From Octopus sinensis (Eukaryota): DNA of 50,175 nt. The DNA is taken from contig NW_021834260.1 of the NCBI RefSeq assembly GCF_006345805.1, forward strand, positions 1 through 50,175, given 5' to 3'. Made by a program: the position numbers and the translations under genes. The notes beneath the pieces are model-generated. The model did no database searches. It worked only from the letters and a program-made list of their open reading frames with translations, and had not been told where the DNA came from. Shown here piece by piece: positions 23,335 to 34,799 of the stretch (its first letter is position 1; every line of letters starts with the position of its first letter).

Positions 23335-24932
23335 TTGTCCCCCCACCATCGCTTGACAACTGATGCTGGTGTATTTACGTTCCCGTAACTTAGCGGTTTG
23401 GCAAAAGACACCAATAGAATAAGTACTAGGCTTACAAAGAATAAGTCCTGGGGTCGATTTGCCCGACTAAATGTGGTGCTCCAGCATGGCCGCAGTCAAA
23501 TGACTGAAACAAGTATAAGAATATACATACATTTCTACACAGCAATGTAATACTGTACTCCGTTTCTTTCTCTACCCCCTCAACAGGTATGACCCCAAAA
23601 CAGACCAGTGGACTATGATTGCTGCAATGAGTACCCCCCGGGATGCAGTAGGAGTGTGTCTACTCGGAGACAGACTGTACGCCGTCGGCGGATATGACGG
23701 TCAACAGTACCTTCATGATGTTGAGTGTTATGACCCAGTGACCAACGAATGGAGCAAGGTAAGTGATGGCGAGCGGTCGGTGGGAGCACTGCATATCTGA
23801 CTGGCTGTAGGTATACGTACCCAGGCCATTGTAGATGTGTTTGCATGCATAGGTGTTCATAAGTGTGTGTACATGGATAGCTGTAGGTAAGTTGATGTAC
23901 CACTGGCAACGAACACGATCGGTTGGTGCCTTTTACATGCCACCAGCACATATCCGTGTGTAAATATATATATATGTATGCATGTCTGTTCGTCTATGTA
24001 TATATAATAGCACTAGGTGGTGCAATTAAGTTAGACATGGCCTGGGCCAATAATAGCCGAAACCTATCAAAAGTATATATATGTACGTATGTGTATATAT
24101 ATATATATACACACACATGAAGCGGTGCTGAAAAGTTCTTGGCTTTCGGTAAAAGTAAAATACAGGAGGATCAGTTAATTATGATTTTATTCAACATATT
24201 CCCCTCTCAGACTCCCACACTTATTGCAGTGGTCCTTCAATTTTTCTAAGCCCTGTTAAAGAACTCAGAAGGTTGGGCCTCCAACCAGGTCTTTCGCGAT
24301 AAACCAAAAGCCTGTTACTTTTCAGCAACCCCTTTTAAATATATGAGGTAAGGAGCTTGCTTCCCAACACATGGTTCCGGGTTCAGTCCCACTGCATGGC
24401 ACCTTGGGCAAGTGTTTTCTACTACAGCTTCAGGCCATTCAAAAACCTTGTGAATGGATTTGGTAGGTGGAAACTGAAAGAAGACCATCGAGAGAGTGTG
24501 TGTTTGTTCACCTCCCACCACTGCTTGTGTAGGTGTTTTTCCTTCCATGTAACTTAGCAGTTCTGCAAAAGAGACTGATAGAATAAGTGCCAGGCTTAAC
24601 AAAAAATAATAATTGCTGTGGTCGATTTCTTTGGCAAAAATACTTCAAGGCATATACAAACATATATATACATACACCCATACATGGCTGCAGTTCAGTG
24701 GCTGAAACAAAGATAGAAGAATAAAAGATGTATAATCGACATAACCCCTCCCCCCCCAAAGGTTTTGCTCTAGCATGATCGCTTGATTGAAACAAGAATA
24801 AGAGTTTAAAAAAAGAAAAAATTTTTTTTATGGTAATCCTCACTGTTACTCTGTTTTTTTTTTTTTTAGGCTGCACCACTATGTACCGGCCGAGCTGGAG
24901 CATGTGTCGTCCACGTGAGCAGTACCAGCTGA
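6421..24932 (+). CDS. KLHL5: Kelch-like protein 5-like (BTB-BACK-6xKelch, CUL3 adaptor family), 5'-incomplete spliced CDS: join(6421..6617,16353..16565,18537..18726,19918..20142,21205..21367,22066..22278,23587..23758,24870..24932)
   Basis: Eight exons splice in frame (1436 nt; about 477 aa after a split Gly codon) with GT-AG introns. The peptide runs [22 protein letters not shown]... to ...[20 protein letters not shown] and closely resembles vertebrate KLHL1/4/5 as recalled (e.g. [36 protein letters not shown]). Exact paralogue assignment needs a tree. Confidence 0.95.
6706..7094 (+). mobile_element. tRNA-derived SINE, third family
   Basis: A box TGGCTCAGTGG and B box GGTTTCGATTCC; near-identical inverted copy at 44165-44536, partial copies at 19527-19790 and 47130-47345. 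Confidence 0.8.
7531..7927 (-). mobile_element. OK-like SINE
   Basis: Full-length reverse copy. Confidence 0.8.
7965..8353. mobile_element. tRNA-headed element with split hammerhead and internal inversion
   Basis: tRNA-like head 8190-8267 (TGGCATAGTGG, GAGTTCGATT), (TAA)n, then ACAC-CTGATGA-AGGCT at 8338-8353; the continuation lies inverted at 8189 and leftwards. Confidence 0.55.
8455..8800. repeat. Degenerate tandem copies of a dispersed repeat (GACCATCCTGTCTTTTATTCAGACATAGTGTATCTAGGACTAC family)
   Basis: About three copies; same family at 4380-4500, 16650-16690, 17100-17245, 45320-45600. Confidence 0.7.
9640..10305. repeat. Compound (TA)n/(CA)n microsatellite field
   Basis: Direct inspection. 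Confidence 0.95.
10890..12240. repeat. GT-rich minisatellite, about 162 bp unit, about 8 copies, in KLHL5 intron
   Basis: GCTGGTAC anchor at 11221, 11383, 11544, 11705, 11868, 12033. Confidence 0.9.
13078..13310 (-). mobile_element. OR-type SINE, solo copy
   Basis: Reverse complement of the unit in 1-874 plus head GGCGAGCTGGCAGAAACGTTAGC. Confidence 0.75.
15412..15640 (-). mobile_element. RTE-type LINE 3' tail fragment
   Basis: CATCATCATTTAACGTCCGTTTTCCATGCTAGC; matches the tail of 45954-46852. Confidence 0.7.
15706..16095 (+). mobile_element. OK-like SINE
   Basis: Full-length head, core and tail. Confidence 0.8.
16353..16565 (+). CDS. KLHL5: KLHL5-like exon: BACK domain ([12 protein letters not shown]...IKLPLMAPQ)
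   Basis: Acceptor ttttcacag|GAG, donor CAG|gtaagc; 213 nt, phase 0 to 0. Confidence 0.95.
16719..17075 (+). mobile_element. OK-like SINE
   Basis: Head with small deletion, core and tail. Confidence 0.75.
17284..17700 (-). mobile_element. RTE-type LINE 3' fragment
   Basis: Homologous to 46240-46852 in the opposite orientation. Confidence 0.7.
18537..18726 (+). CDS. KLHL5: KLHL5-like exon: BACK end and start of kelch 1 ([10 protein letters not shown]...VGAMDNAK)
   Basis: Acceptor cattgcag|TTC, donor AAAG|gttggt; 190 nt, phase 0 to 1. Confidence 0.93.
19918..20142 (+). CDS. KLHL5: KLHL5-like exon: kelch 1-2 (GATTIERYD...STHRHGL)
   Basis: Acceptor atttcag|GT, donor TTAG|gtaagc; 225 nt, symmetric phase 1-1. 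Confidence 0.96.
21205..21367 (+). CDS. KLHL5: KLHL5-like exon: kelch 3 ([21 protein letters not shown]...VAVLGG)
   Basis: Acceptor cttgtag|GA, donor AA|gtaagt; 163 nt, phase 1 to 2. Confidence 0.96.
22066..22278 (+). CDS. KLHL5: KLHL5-like exon: kelch 4-5 ([15 protein letters not shown]...FDCAE)
   Basis: Acceptor ttttccag|A, donor AG|gtaagc; 213 nt, phase 2-2. Confidence 0.96.
22805..23515 (+). mobile_element. Two adjacent degenerate OK-like SINEs
   Basis: Heads near 22805 and 23165; tails near 23110 and 23500. Confidence 0.65.
23587..23758 (+). CDS. KLHL5: KLHL5-like exon: kelch 5-6 (YDPKTDQW...TNEWSK)
   Basis: Acceptor caacag|G, donor AAG|gtaagt; 172 nt, phase 2 to 0. Confidence 0.96.
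24115..24337. mobile_element. Mariner-derived MITE
   Basis: Imperfect TIRs GCGGTGCTGAAAAGTTCTTGGCTTT and AAAGCCTGTTACTTTTCAGCAACCCC; same TIR at the end of the mariner remnant near 26630. Confidence 0.6.
24870..24932 (+). CDS. KLHL5: KLHL5-like last coding exon ([20 protein letters not shown])
   Basis: Long poly-T acceptor tttttttag|GCT; TGA at 24930-24932; matches the family C-terminus [14 protein letters not shown]. Confidence 0.93.
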   Translation, partial: AAPLCTGRAGACVVHVSSTS

Positions 24933-25252
24933 CTACGAAGCCACAGAAGAACTTTGGCGTTGCTCAAGAAATGGCCTTCAGGATTCTTCCCCAAAATGCG
25001 CCGAAAATTCTCTGTCTTCATCTAATTCCACAGACCAACACACACCATTATACATGCACACGTTATCTGTTTGTGTGTATATTATATTCTAAGTATACAC
25101 ATATACATGAACACTTGCCACAAACATTTATACATACAAACACACATATATATATATACACACACACCTATGTCTCATTCCATTGGTAATGCTATGCTAC
25201 TTCATAATAATCCTTATTATTGAGATATATATATAAACATATATACATGCAC

Positions 25253-25258
25253 AAATAA
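25253..25258 (+). promoter_or_regulatory. Candidate polyadenylation signal of the KLHL5-like gene
   Basis: First AATAAA about 320 nt after the stop; AT-rich context makes chance hits common. Confidence 0.25.
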
Positions 25259-25312
25259 ATACGTATATATACACACACAACGTTTCTGTGTGTATAGTAG
25301 GTAGGTGACTTT

Positions 25313-25512
25313 TGGCGGCGAGCTGGCAGAACCGTTAGCACACCGGGCGAAATGCTTAGCGGTATTTCGTCTGTCTTTACGTTCTGAGTTCAAATTCCGC
25401 CGAGGTCAACTTTGCCTTTCAGGGTCGATAAATTAAGTACCAGCTACACACTGGGGTCGATGTAATCGACTTAATACCTATGTCTGTCCCCTTGTGGGTA
25501 ATAAAGAAATAG
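25313..25512 (+). mobile_element. OR-type SINE
   Basis: Head GGCGGCGAGCTGGCAGAACCGTTAGC...GAGTTCAAATTCC plus body as in 1-874. Confidence 0.75.
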
Positions 25513-26149
25513 GTAGGTGACTTTACCCCAGCCTACCTATGTCTCATAAATTCTCCCACAGTAAATGAACATACACGCACATAGATATATACACACACAC
25601 ATAAAAACATATATATATATATACATACCCAAAGACAACACAGAACTGATGTGGAAACGGAATCTTCAAATCACTAAAATGAACTTCTTACATTCGACAG
25701 ACTCTCTCTCTTACTTTGTCTACCTCTCTTTTTTTGAAATGGCAGCTCTAAGGATTGAACCTCAATTGGTGTATATGTGTGTGTGTGGAGTAACAAGTGT
25801 GTTGAATTGTATACATAGAGGAAGTGGGTATAAATTTTAAATTCCTGGGAGCTTGTGGCAGGTGATGTAATATATATATGTACGTGTGTGTTTATGAATA
25901 TATAGTTAAGTATATACATACACCGCTACAAGCATTGGGTCGTTGTTTCTCAGTTTGATTACCATATATACAGATCAGCAAAAGCGACCGATAGAATAAG
26001 AACTAGGCTTACAAAGAATACGTCCTGGGGTTGGTTTCTTCAGCTAAAATCCTGTAAGGCAGTGCTCCAGCATGGCTGTGCAGTCAAATGACTCAAGTAA
26101 GTAAACCAAAGGATGTGTGTGTGTCTATTCCTGTTTAAAGAACAAACCC

Positions 26150-26636
26150 AGGGTGAACTGCAATGAGAATGTGGCTGGTCTTGTTTGAGCTGTTGTCTGC
26201 CGAAAGCCTTTCTCATGTCCAGACTGTTGTGGATAATGTGGCCAACTCTTTCATGGGAAATCCCAAGAGTCTCAGCTATGACTTTAGCTGGAATCCAGTG
26301 GTCCTCGAGAATCAGGCCATGACAGCCACAGCATCAGTTTTGTCCTCTGTGGTCACATGAGTTGGCCGTCCTGGCTGGGGTTCATCTGTGACCTCGACAC
26401 TCAGATTTTCACTGGAGTAAGATGGGCAACCAGCCTTCAAGGTTTCCTTCTTGTCCCCATAGATTTCCGCTGCTCCTTTGCCTTTCAAATGGAGGAACAT
26501 CATGACCGCATGTGCTTCAATTTCACTGCAGGAGTTGCCATCATGCATTAAATCTGCAAAAAAAAGAGAACAGTATACCATCATGATCTTTTGCGATACC
26601 CTTAAAACCAAGAACTTTTCAGGACCCCTTGTGTAT
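26150..26636 (-). mobile_element. Mariner (Tc1/mariner) 5' remnant with decayed transposase N-terminus
   Basis: EAHAVMMFLHLKGK...CPSYSS...DEPQPGRP.HVTTEDK resembles mariner HTH and linker; TIR at about 26605-26636. Confidence 0.7.
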
Positions 26637-27029
26637 GTATATATATAAAAAACCCACTTGTTATCAATTCAAAATGAACAATTAAATTACATATAATAGA
26701 AAAGTTTAAATTAAAAAGTAAAGATTAAGTAAATTACAAAAATAATATAATAGGTATATATATATTCATTATTTTCTAATATACTATATTGTGTGGAATT
26801 TGATTTAGTATTTCTAAATTGAATTCTTTTTCCTTGTAAGTTAAGATTTTTTTTTTTCCCCTCAAATAATAATTATATATACACACACATACTGGTGCAC
26901 TATGGTTAAGAAGTTCGCTTTGCAACCATGAGGCCCTAAGTTCAATCTCACTGTGTGCATAAGGAGAAACTGGGCATTCTGAAGTTCAAAGACCACCTGT
27001 GGTGAATAGAATAGAGAAGTAAATAAATA

Positions 27030-27600
27030 TTGAAACACACATTACCCAGGTGAGTGAAGAATCTCCAAACTTGGTCAACAATTTCATTAGCAGGAGAGGT
27101 TTGGTTGGTAGCGTTGGATCTGGTGTTCAACGTCAGGTGCTTTTACTACAAACCCACTATACATATATCTTAGGTCCCATGGTTCAGATCTCACTATGGT
27201 GAACTTGATCCTTTGATCATTCCTGGGCAGGTGGGTGGAGAAGGGGTGAGAGTGATAACATGAAGTAGTACTAGTCAAAACGGTTTGGGAGCTGCAGGGT
27301 TCTGTTTTAATCACCTGGGTCCTTCCCTTATCCCCAATAGCTTCACTATATCATATCTCCTCCTTCGTGGACAGGGTGACCCTCCCCTGATGCATTTGCA
27401 GTATTCCTTCATATGAATGTGTGTTAGCCTCAGTGTCCTGCTGGTCCAGTACCCTGTCCCCCCCGCTCCTTGATGAACAGCCTGACCCTTGTTGAAAGGC
27501 TGTAGTGGGTAGGAAGGACTTCTCCGTGCATTCTGCAGCCACATTACCTCTACATCTGAGGCCCCCCTTTACTGAGTTTCTCCAAGAGAAACAGATGGGA
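27030..27600 (-). pseudogene. Possible decayed LINE ORF1 (gag-like, zinc-knuckle) fragment
   Basis: Fragments EGIL...STKEEI and YQPNL.C..NC weakly recall I/Nimb-group ORF1; many stops and frameshifts; recognised by eye only. Confidence 0.3.
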
Positions 27601-29909
27601 GTTTGGAAGCAGAGAACCTAGGAAAGGGGTAATACTTTTTCGTTTCGGATTATCCCAGCCTCCTTGAAGCAGAGGTGAGGGGTTCTCATCCTTTTGGGGT
27701 CAATGGAATCAACTAGCCATGTCCTCCAAAACTTTAAGCCTTGCGCCACTGGTACAATGACCCCTCCCCAGTCTTCCATCCCTCCCTCTGCCAACTCCTT
27801 CTCTCCCCATCACATTTACATTCTGAGTTCAAATCCCACAACGGTCGGCTGTGCCTTTCATCCTTCTGAAGTAGATATAGAAATCAGTGTAAACACCCAC
27901 TAATTTTATATATACATACCCTTCAATATACACCACACAGCAGCCATGCCACGCGTATACTGTTGCATGAAAGAAGCCCTCCACAACATTGTGTTTTGTA
28001 TGTAGTATATATACATACACGCAGGTATATTGCATAGTATGCTATATAGATACTATAATTTACTGATCAAATGTGTTTTATATATATATACACACACACA
28101 AAATGTAGATACTGTCGGGGAATTATGTTAAGAGCACACATGTCTGGAATACTGAGTCACCTAGAAGATTATTTAATTAGGTAATTGATGTAATATACTA
28201 GCCTTGCCCCTCCCCACTAAATTTCATTGTAGAAGGGATGTATATACATGTGTGCGTGTATTTGACTGAGTGATTGTACTGACCTAAAAATAAGGTCCCA
28301 GTGATGTGAAGATAATCGGGTCTTATTGTCTTTTTCTGACCCAGTCAGATAAAACCCTTGTCTTTGATGAGGAGACAAAAATTGTAACATCTGGCCATGT
28401 TGTAAGAATACAATAAACACCAAATATGTATTAGAATTAAAATAAGGATGCAAGTGTCTGAGGAATATTTACACATTTGTTCTGTTATACAATGATGCAT
28501 GTAGGTATCCATCCACACCTGCACCACCACTCCACACACAAATTCACAAGTGCATGCGTGTATTTATATATTTTGTGTCACACTAAAAGCCTGTGTGCGG
28601 AGGTTACTTTACAGAAAAACAATAGTCTGCCGAATTACTTAAACATTTTACTTACAATGTGTACGCAGCCCTGTTAATTTGGACAACTGGAATATTCATC
28701 GCTGGAACCCATGGTTTCACGAAAGCGGTGCTCTGGCATGGTTCTTGGCCGTGATGGCTCTAAAAATGAAATATATTGAAGAAAAAAAAAAAACTAAAAA
28801 ATTACGGAGGATACACCATATTTTACCTAATTTATATATAATATATCTATATAATATACAATATATATATTATATATATATGTCAACATTAGTGATTCTT
28901 TCTCAGTGAATTTTGTGTATATTTGTATTTTTATATATAAATGTGTGAATATATAAATATATGTCTGTGTGAGCTTTATAACTTGTATATACACCCCTTT
29001 ATTTTATTATTGGTTCGCATATAAAGCAAGATTATATATACATATATATAGTTCAAGTCAGTCTCTTGCTACTCTGAGTTTCACGGGGTCCCCAGGTGAG
29101 TACTCTTTCTTCCGATAGTCAGCACTAAACACGAGTGTATGTGTGCATATAAATACACGCAAAGTGGGTTGTTTGCTCCAAGAGTACTCAGAGCTTACCC
29201 CCTATACTCTCCACGTAGCTCCATTCATTCACTCAGATGACCAAAAACTGTGATGATGGAAAAATTTCGGCTTATTGTCTCCTGATCAAATTAAAGGGAA
29301 GCCAATAGGAGAATGTAAAAGAAACGAAACTCAGAGTAGCAACAAAGCGAATCATAAAACTTTGAAATGAGAAATAAACTATCACTTATTACATTTTAAT
29401 GAATATTTTTTTTCTTCTCCTGTTTGTACACCCTAGCATATATAGCTAGGTGTATTTTTTATGTAAATATATGCATGCTTGTGAATGTGTGTGTGTACAT
29501 GTGTTTTTGAAAAAACACTTACATCTATCCGTCATGTTTTTTTTTCATCCAGAAGCTATTTTCCAAAGATTCTATTTGATAACACCCATAAGTACCCCTA
29601 ATCCACCCCCCAATACAAAAAAATAAGACCAATCTTACAAAAAAAAAAAAACTGACTGAAAGGTAAGTATTTCTATTTTCCAGGTGAAACTTCCACTGTT
29701 TTGCTCCATGTGTCTCTGTCTGTGTGTCCTTGCTACTCTATTTTGATCAACACCTCTGAAAAAATTATTGAAAGGGATAAGTCCACCTTGGTAGAAATTG
29801 AAACCAGAATGCAAACGAAGGTGAAGTAAAAATTGTGTTCACAGGTGAAGATTCAGTCACACCTCTCCATTCATTAATATACGTACATATATGAAATTCT
29901 TATAACACT

Positions 29910-30600
29910 GCCAAGGTGAACTTTGCCTTTCATCCTTTTGGGGGTTTATAAAATAAAGTACTATTAAAATATTAGGGTCGAAGTCATCATCTTACCCTCT
30001 ATCCACAAAATTGCCAGCCCTGTGGCCTACGAACCACCATTATTATAATGGAAGGCAGCGAGCTGGCATAATCGTTAACACTCTAAGCAAAACGCTTCAT
30101 GGCATTTGGTCCACCTTTATGTTCTGAGTTCAAATTCTGCTGAGGTCGACTTTGCCTTTCAGAGTCTATAAAATAAGTACCAGTCATGCACTGGGATCGA
30201 TGTAATCGACTCCCCTCACCTAAATTTCAGGCCTTGTGCCTATAGTAGAAAGTATTATTACTATCATTGAGGTGGTGAGCTGGCAGAATTGTTAGTACCC
30301 CAGGCGAAATGCTTCGTGGTATTTCACACATTGTTAACATCCTGAGTTCAGATTCCACCAAAGTCGACTTTGCATTTCATCCTTTCGGGGTCAATAGATT
30401 AAATGCCAGTTACATACTGGGGAAGTCAATGAAATCAACTAGCCCCCTCCCCACCAAAATTTTGGCCTCGTGCCTGTAACAGAAAAGACTATAGCTGGCA
30501 GAATCATTAGAACGCCAGACAAAATGCTTTGCGGTATTTCATCTGTCTTTACATTCTGAGGTCAACTTTGCCTTTCATCCTTTTGGAATATTCATCACTG
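29910..30600 (+). repeat. Degenerate tandem OR-type SINE copies
   Basis: Three to four copies of GACTTTGCCTTTCA with partial heads. Confidence 0.65.
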
Positions 30601-32362
30601 GAACCTATGGTTTCACGAAAGTGGTGAAACACTGGGGTCGATGTAACCGGCTAGTCCCCGACCCCCAAATTTCAGTATGACTGTTATGAAATGGAGGGAA
30701 AAGTTAAAGTGAGGGAGACGAGACAGTTGTTGAAGCGGGTGATGATGGGGCATAATGTTCCAGTTATCTCCCCCTGCCCAAACATAACCATTTCTGGTTG
30801 TGATGTCTACCTCCACCAGATGGCATGTCCAGGGAATCAAGGCTGCTATGATTATTATTATTGTTTCGTTGTTGTATTGTAAACACTAAAACTTTGCTGA
30901 ACAAATCAAATTTAGATATACACACACAGATGAGTATATACCTCACTTATATATGCATACAAACACAAGCATATATCTATATATATAATAACAAATTAAT
31001 AAATAAAACATATACATAATAACAAATTAATAAATAAAACATATGCATATATACATACCTACCTCTACATGCATATATGGGTACAGGACACCAAAAAAAC
31101 GTCAAACACAAAACCAAGGAAATGGACATGTGTGGGTGAATAACTATCGTGTGCTTTCAATCCATCTTTTACTAAAATTATATATATTTGCTATTTTATT
31201 GAAGCCAAAAATACAGATTGCTCTGCATAATCTCAACTGTTCGATAAGCAGTAATGTGGAGATCTGTTTAACAGTTTCTGGAGGTATTTTTCGGCTTCAA
31301 TAAAATAGTAACTTCCTCTACATTTGGTATTCAAGTACTGCTTTTTCCACCTCAGTGCTTGCAGGTAAATAACAACACACAGAAACAGGTATATATATAT
31401 ACCTCATGCATAAATTCATACATGCAACTAAATACGTGTGCATATATATAGTCATGGTGGCACTCCGTCGGACACGACGATGAAGGTTCCAGTTGATCTG
31501 ATCCAACAGAGCCACCTGCTCGTGAAATGAACGTACAAGTGGCTGAGAACTCCACAGACATGTGTACCCTTAACCCTATAGTGTTCGCATTATTCTGCCA
31601 AAATCAATGCTCTTTTATCCACAGGCGCAGGAGTGGCAAAAGCGTAATGAGAAGAACAAATAATACAGTAATCTAAAGTATGACCCTTATTTAGTTTCTT
31701 CTCATCCATCTAAATGCGGTGCTCCAGCATGGCCACAGTCAAATGACTGAAACAAGTTTGTGTGGACATAAGCTCACTCCCTCCATCAGATTGACATTAC
31801 CTGTACAGGTGCAACAGGTGTTGAAATGATCACAGAGAAGCGTGAAATGAAATGCTTTGCTGAAGAACACCCGGTCTAGGAATCGAACCCACAACCTCGA
31901 GTGCAACATGTATAATAAATATAAACAGAAATATTATTTAACAATAAGAAGATTCTAATTTCAATGATAAATTGTTTCGTAGCTTAAAAGCATGTAAGTA
32001 ATTTATATTATTATATCTAATAATCAATTACGTGCATGCCTGCACTGATGCACAATATCCTTAAAAATAATTCAGAATTTAAGCTATGTCCTCAGGTGAA
32101 AGAAAGTCAGAATTTTAAAACTATTTAGAAGACAATAATAATAAAATCATTTTCTCTTGTATATATTACTATAGTTAATAAAATGATACATTAAGGAGCT
32201 TTTTTTACTCAGTGCTACAACCAGATTACTTGAATCCATATACTGTTATATATATACACCGGAGTAAACACAGAAATGTGAAACAGGGTGGAAAAAAGAG
32301 TACTCAAATACCAGTGGTAGAGTAACACGCTTTATTTAAAGCAGCAGAAAATTCAACAAAAC

Positions 32363-32455
32363 CTGTTACTCTGAGTTTCACGTTCCCATTCGTTGGACAG
32401 TTTTTTTCTAGCAAAAACTGTCCGACAAACGGCAACGTGAAACTCAGAGTAACAG
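32363..32455. ncRNA. Two divergent hammerhead motifs, each with one core mutation
   Basis: Plus 32418-32455: CTGT-CCGACAA-ACG gcaa CGT-GAAA-CTCAGAG-TA-ACAG; minus 32400-32363: CTGT-CCAACGA-ATG ggaa CGT-GAAA-CTCAGAG-TA-ACAG. Confidence 0.6.
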
Positions 32456-32506
32456 GTTTTGTTGAATTTTCTGCTGCTTTACAATAAAGTGTATATATAT
32501 GTGTAT

Positions 32507-32990
32507 CATCATCGTTTAACATCCGTTTTCCATGCAAGCATGGGTTGGACAATTTGATTGAGGTCTGGCGAACCAGAATTCAATCTGATCTAGCAGAGTT
32601 TCTACAACTGGATGCCCTTCCTAACGCCAACCACTCCGAGAGTGTAGTGGGTGCTTTTACATGCCACCGGCACGAGGGCCAGTTTAGTGGTACTGGCAAC
32701 GGCCACACCCAAATGGGGCTTTCTACGTGCCACCTGCACAGGAGCCAGTCCAGCGGCACTGGCGTCGACCTCGCTCGAATATATCACATGCCACCAGCAC
32801 AAGTGCTAGTAAGGCGACGCGGTAACGATCACGCTCGAATGGTGTGCTCAAATGTGCCATCGGCACAGAGGCCAGTTTGTTGCTCTGACAATGATCTCAC
32901 TCGTATGGTACTCTTAGCGCTCCACTAGCAACGGATGCGAGTCACCGAGTTTGATTTCAACTTCGATTTCACTTGCCTCAACTGGTCTTT
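32507..32990 (-). mobile_element. RTE-type LINE 3' tail with internal short repeats
   Basis: CATCATCGTTTAACATCCGTTTTCCATGC start and repeated ATGCCACC/GTGCCACC units. Confidence 0.65.
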
Positions 32991-34369
32991 GCAAGCATAT
33001 ATACACACACATATATATATATATACACACTCACCTACATACATGAGAATATCTACACTACAACAACACCAGCAGCAATAACCATCAAAAGTGAATATTT
33101 GTCTTTGTTTTCCTATTTCTCTGTTAGTGAAACCTTGCACTAAATAACTACATGTATGTAGATTTGTACATGTTTGTGTGTATAATTATATACACACACA
33201 TATATATATACCTATGTATATGTGTGTATATATAATGTGACGTGCGTCATTTTTTTTCTCCTATAAATGTGATTTATATCTGTTTTTTCAATGCTTGCAT
33301 GGGTTAGATATCGTTTTGTGTATATATAAATATATATACATACATGTGCACACACACACGCATATATATATGCACACACATATATATGGGTACAAAAAAT
33401 TCAGGGTGAATACTTGATAATTGTAAGCACCTGTATATGCCGTTTAGTGGTGTAGGTGATAGAGTATATTTATCAAAATAAAAACATGATGCAAAGGATT
33501 TAGTGGTACATATGTTTCTGGCTTTTATTAGACGGTTTATATCAATGCATAATTGATGTAATTTGCATGTCAAAATTATGCATTGATATAAACCGTCTAA
33601 TAAAAGCCAGAAACATATGTACTGCTAAATCCTTTGCATCATGTTTTTATCTTGATAAATATATATGTACAGTTGTGCATATATATAGTGTATGTGTGTA
33701 TATATACACATGCTTTACACAAATATACAGACAGATGTTATATATAATATAAACACCTGCTCATAAGAGATCAGCCCCTTTAGTATTGTAAGTGGTCCCT
33801 AAGAAGAATAAAAAAAAAAAACCCGGGAGGACTACTTGGGTCCCCCTACCCCCCACTTCACATCTTTAAATCTCCACAACCGTTCAGTGTAACGTATATA
33901 TACATATATATATATATAAATAAAGGAAACTTTTGGAAAAGTTTTTAAAAAAATAATAATAAAAAAGAAAGAATGAAAGAGAGTAAAGATATCCTAATGT
34001 ACTAAAGAGAAGGTGGGGTGGGGTGCTTCCACTAAATGAAATATGATATTGATGGTTATGATTATGATGATGATGTTGAAGCGGATTATCATTATCGTTA
34101 CTATGATAATGACGATCGTAATAAAGACAGTTTTTTAATTTTGGAAATAAACATGTATTCTTTTTCTGGATTCGTGTATTTGGCTTTTTTTTTTATTACT
34201 TCCGCTTTAGCAAAGGCGGAGGTATTGTTTTCAGTTGCATTTGTTTGTTCGTGGACAAGATATCTCAAGAACCACTGGATGGATTTGGATGAAACTTTCA
34301 GGGATGTTTGGCCTCATGGCTGGCACGAACTGGTTACATTTTGGGATCAATCCAACACTGGACAAGGAT

Positions 34370-34738
34370 TACTCTTACCTGTTTCAGTCATTTGACTGCG
34401 GCCATACTGGAGCACCGCCTTTTAGTCGAGCAAATCGACCCCAGGACTTATTCTTTGTAAGCCTAGTACTTATTCTATCGGTCTCTTTTGCCTAACCGCT
34501 AAGTTACGGGGATGTAAATACACCAGCTTCGGTTATCAAGCGATGTTGAGGGGACAAACACACACATGCATATATATATATACGACGGGCTTCTTTCAGT
34601 TTCCGTCTACCAAGTCCACTCACAAGGCTTTGGTTGGCCCGAAGCTATAGTAGAAGACACATGCCACGCAATGGTACTTAACCCAGAACCGTGTGGTTGG
34701 TAAGTAAGCTACTTACCACACAGCCACTCCTACGCCTA
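34370..34738 (-). mobile_element. OK-like SINE
   Basis: Full-length reverse copy. Confidence 0.8.
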
Positions 34739-34799
34739 TGGATTCTCAATTATTTTTTACTTAATTTTTGAGAGAATAACTTATTTACCTAAGCCTTAA

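Noticed and set aside
29248-29290. GTGATGA...CTGA as a C/D box snoRNA
   Set aside because: Boxes are only about 30 nt apart with no terminal stem; too short
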